DNA of 63,977 nt, the filler included, from Hausera hauseri (Eukaryota), in the NCBI GenBank assembly GCA_046269625.1. It is 12 parts of 12 records of this genome, joined end to end, with 100 filler letters (N's around TTAATTAATTAA, not from the genome) between each part and the next. Parts side by side here need not be neighbours in the genome. Positions count along the whole stretch, not along the records: positions 59,778 to 63,977 come from JBJURY010704993.1; 11 more parts are not named here. One strand, 5' to 3'. The notes below the pieces were generated by a model that made no database searches, was not told where the DNA came from, and saw nothing but the letters and a program-made list of their open reading frames with translations. Both the position numbers and the translations under genes were made by a program. Below, in pieces: positions 60,615-63,977 of this stretch; the stretch's first letter is position 1, and every line of letters starts with the position of its first letter.

Positions 60615-62522
60615 CACAATTCCTACCGGTGGTCGTTCATAATTTCAGGAGTTATGATTGTTACCATATTTTAAAATGGGAAACAAATGGATTCCTGCAC
60701 TGGAAACTATCTGTAATTCCGACTACAATGGAGAAATACGGTCTTTATCTGCTCGTACAAACGGTTTATAGGTACGCTTTATCGATTCCTTGCAATTTCT
60801 AAATAAATCATTGGCAAAGCTGGTATATGATTTGTAAGATGTGCCCATAACATCAACGCAGTTCTCTACGCACAGTGCACGTAGAAAAGATATATCTTCA
60901 TACGACTGAGCAGCTTCAGATAACAGAAGAATTACCGTTGCGTTGGTCTGGTATCAGAGAAGACGAATAACAGAAAGCACATGGATTTTATGCAGAGCTC
61001 GGCTGTAGAAACCTGCTGGAGGACATGCTTCAGTTTTTAAAACTGGATGTGTACTTATTAGCCTATGTATTTTAGGCATTCCAAACTAAAGAGTTATATG
61101 ACGATAGATTGGAGCTAATCAATTTTTATTTAAAACCGAGAATGAGTTTGGCATCAGCCTCGAATACACAGGATCATGAGACAGGGCTGTTGCAAGATCC
61201 ATAAATGCATCAACTGTTTAATGTAGGTATTCTTGGCGGCATTTGTCAACGAGCACCATGTTAATGCTTCTACCAGTGATGATAATACCACATCAGTGCT
61301 ATACACTGATATTAATAACATGTATGACTAGACGCTTTCGAAACCCTTTCCATACGGTTCATTCGAATGGGTAGTCGGCAAACAAGACCTGGATACAATA
61401 TTGGAAAATCTGCTGAAAGTAGAAACAGCATAAAGCAGCTCAATTGGATACCAGATGGAAGTCAATCTTGTTACACCGGATGAATTGCATGACTTTCTGG
61501 ATGAATTACCAGTCGCACCAATTATCCAATGTCTACCTAGCTCAAAGGCGAAGAAGCTGCTTATGACGCTTGAACCAAAGAAAAATTACATTGTTCATTG
61601 GCGTCTATTGCAATTTTACATGCAGATTGGTGTACATATCACATAGTTGTATCACGAAATCCGATTCTAACAGACTCCGATACTGAAACCGTACATAGAA
61701 CAAAATTGGGAAAAACGTGCTTCAGCTTGTATAAAGTTTGAAAAAGACTACTGCAAGCTGAAAAGCAATTCCCTTTACGGGAAAACAGTAGAGAATCTCA
61801 AAAAGCAGCTTAATGTACGCCTATGCAACAGTGAAAAGCGGTTGGTTACGTACACCATTAAGGCACGATTCAGGCTGTTAGCAAAATTGCCGATGGATTG
61901 ATTGCCGTGCTTTTAAACAAGGAAGAAGTGTTACTGAACCGGTCAAGTTATATAGGACATTTAGTATTAAATTTGAGTAAACTGCGAATGACCTGCAGTA
62001 CCTCGACTTGGCACATTACCGATAAATGTTTGACGGCTGCAAGATTAAGAGAAATGTCGGTGAAATGTCTTCTTGAAACTGAAAAATGTCAGTCGTGAAC
62101 AACTACTGCGGCAAATGATGACAGACGGATTAATGGATACATCCAACTACCCACAGAATCATCCATTGTACAGCAATGACATCACAAACAAAATAGGATG
62201 TTTCAAGGATGAAAGCGAAGGTCGGGTTCAGTATCTACGCCCAAAGTGCTACAGTCTTCTGAGGGACTGTGGACCGAAAATGCCCGCAAAAGGAATTCGG
62301 CTGGCGCAGAGAGAAATTAACTACAGTGATTATCATTGTGTCTATGAAGAAAACGGAGGAGGAGGACAATCAATGGCCGTGTCTCAAACGACAATACGAT
62401 TAATCGAGCACCAGCTGTATACGGTGACGAATATAAAAGTCACTTTATCATGCAATGATGATAAGCGTAAGTGGGTGGGGCGAAATATGAGTTTGGCGTA
62501 CGGACATTGGCGTTTGGAATAA
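60615..62522 (+). pseudogene. Protein-primed family B DNA polymerase (Polinton-type)
   Basis: VHNFRSYD (Exo II); FIDSLQF; DINNMY (motif A); KLKSNSLYGKT (motif B); FKDE; LRPKCYS; DDKR. Motif C appears lost. Confidence 0.88.
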
Positions 62523-62675
62523 AACACACGAATTCGGTTCTGACGATTCAGGCAGATCAAAGTGAACCATATACTGTGACAATTTATTGTGATCTGTGTT
62601 TTGTAAATAATGTATATCGTTCGTTATTAAGAAGTGTTCGAAAACATGTAGGCATAAATGGAACCAGTTTTTGAA

Positions 62676-63820
62676 TTACTTCCTGTGGCATTGCTGTCCA
62701 CTCCTTTTGACAATACGAATAAAATCGTCATGAGAAGCTCCTTGGTGATGGCGTTTGCGAATGGCTTTTTTCAACATGAACCAGACATGTTCTATAATGT
62801 TTATGTCAGGTAACTGGGAAACCCATGGTAAGCAGTTAATTTTGTTTTTTTGGCAAACCATGTTTTTATAGCACGTGAGGAGTATGCAAGCGCTCCACCA
62901 TGCATGAACAATGATATCTGCGGTGAAAGCTGATGAGAGGAATACAGAATAGTAGATCCTCCTAACGAATTTGGATGTATTTTGCGGATCTAACAGTACA
63001 GTCACAAATCGCCAACTCCGATCGGCCTCCTGACCAAACAGGACCCCATATCATTACATTGGTAGAATGCTTAATTGTGGGTTGCGGGTCTTTCATTGAA
63101 AATTTTTGACATGGAACTAGACAAACGTATACTAGACCACTACTTCCAAATAAGGCAAAGCTGCTCTCATCAGAGAAGATAACTGATTTCCAGAAAGCTA
63201 TGTCCTTTTCGTACATTTCTGCAGCCCATGCTTTTCGACTGATGACGTTTGCGTTTGACAACAGCGGTTTTCGCCTAGCAACACGACCACTGTAACGCAT
63301 ACTACGAAGATGGCGTCGAATACTTTTGAAACATAACACTGTTTCAATGGCAAATTGTTAAGCTGCCTGCCGAGAGTTTTTGTCAATACTTCTTCGGATT
63401 GTACGTAATAAAAGTATAGATGGTTTTAGTCGTCCAGCACGAATCCCCACCGTTTCTTTTTGGTAACGCTTGAAGAGTACCAATACTCGATTTACTGTGG
63501 ACAAGGCATATGAAATTCTACAGCAATTGATCTCTTAGATTTTCCAGCTTCCCATTGTCCCACTACTCTGCCTCGAATGAAATCAGTTAATTCTTTGGCT
63601 CCTAAAGTTCTAGGCATATTTTTGCACAAATCACGGCAATGATTATAAAAAAGAGATTGAAAATGTAATTGGAATTCGTACACCTGAACGTAATATGAAG
63701 TAATTAATCAAATTTTATTTTGCAATACCATGCCATTTTCTCACGCTGTACTGCTAGGCAATCTATGAAGTGAATATGTCATACATATCAACGTATCTAT
63801 TTACTTATGTCCACCCTCTG
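62676..63820 (-). mobile_element. Tc1/mariner element with degenerate transposase (62676-63617)
   Basis: ARRKPLL; WKSVIFSDES; MIWG; PDINIIEHVW; terminus-like TA|CAGAGGGTGGAC at 63820. Confidence 0.85.
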
Positions 63821-63977
63821 TATATATTGAGAATGATCTAAACTGGTAGATTAATGATTCATCTTTTCCATTTGTATGAATTTCATTATAGATTTGAACG
63901 TACTTTTGATTCAAATCTAAAGTTTTTCTGTATAAAGATTACGTTTTTAAGTACAATAAGTGTCATAAAGTCAAATA

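Overview
This window is not one continuous locus. It is 12 contigs joined by artificial 100-bp spacers (N-run + TTAATTAATTAA + N-run), so adjacency across spacers carries no information. Contents: (1) 1-13037 and 49677-55328 hold three degenerate Ty3/Gypsy LTR-retrotransposon copies with CHCC-knuckle (CsRn1-like) gag. In all three, gag is preceded by a ubiquitin-like domain ending in a di-glycine (LHGG / LFGG / LRGG). (2) 13138-18677 is a 2873-bp LTR (TGTTA...TAACA) bracketed by a polypurine tract and a tRNA-Met primer-binding site, with RING-finger genes on both sides. (3) 18778-23272 carries long unassigned ORFs, including a type I membrane protein. (4) 23373-27816, 37005-41364, 45583-49576 and 59778-63977 are degenerate Polinton/Maverick (adintovirus-like) pieces: MCP, two tandem penton-like genes, rve integrase, packaging ATPase, core proteins, dUTPase and pPolB. 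A KDM5-like ARID fragment and a Tc1 element lie beside pPolB. (5) 27917-32276 is an intact bacterial prophage early region ending in a probable chimera with a staphylococcal-like multicopper oxidase. (6) 32377-36904 is fish-like genomic DNA with a TIR element. (7) 41465-45482 is a broken chuvirus/gB-type glycoprotein gene plus downstream ORFs. (8) 55429-59677 is SINE/LINE debris. The strongest novelty candidates are the Ubl-Gag fusion and the RING-loaded long-LTR element. All calls are by eye from recalled motifs; no searches were run.
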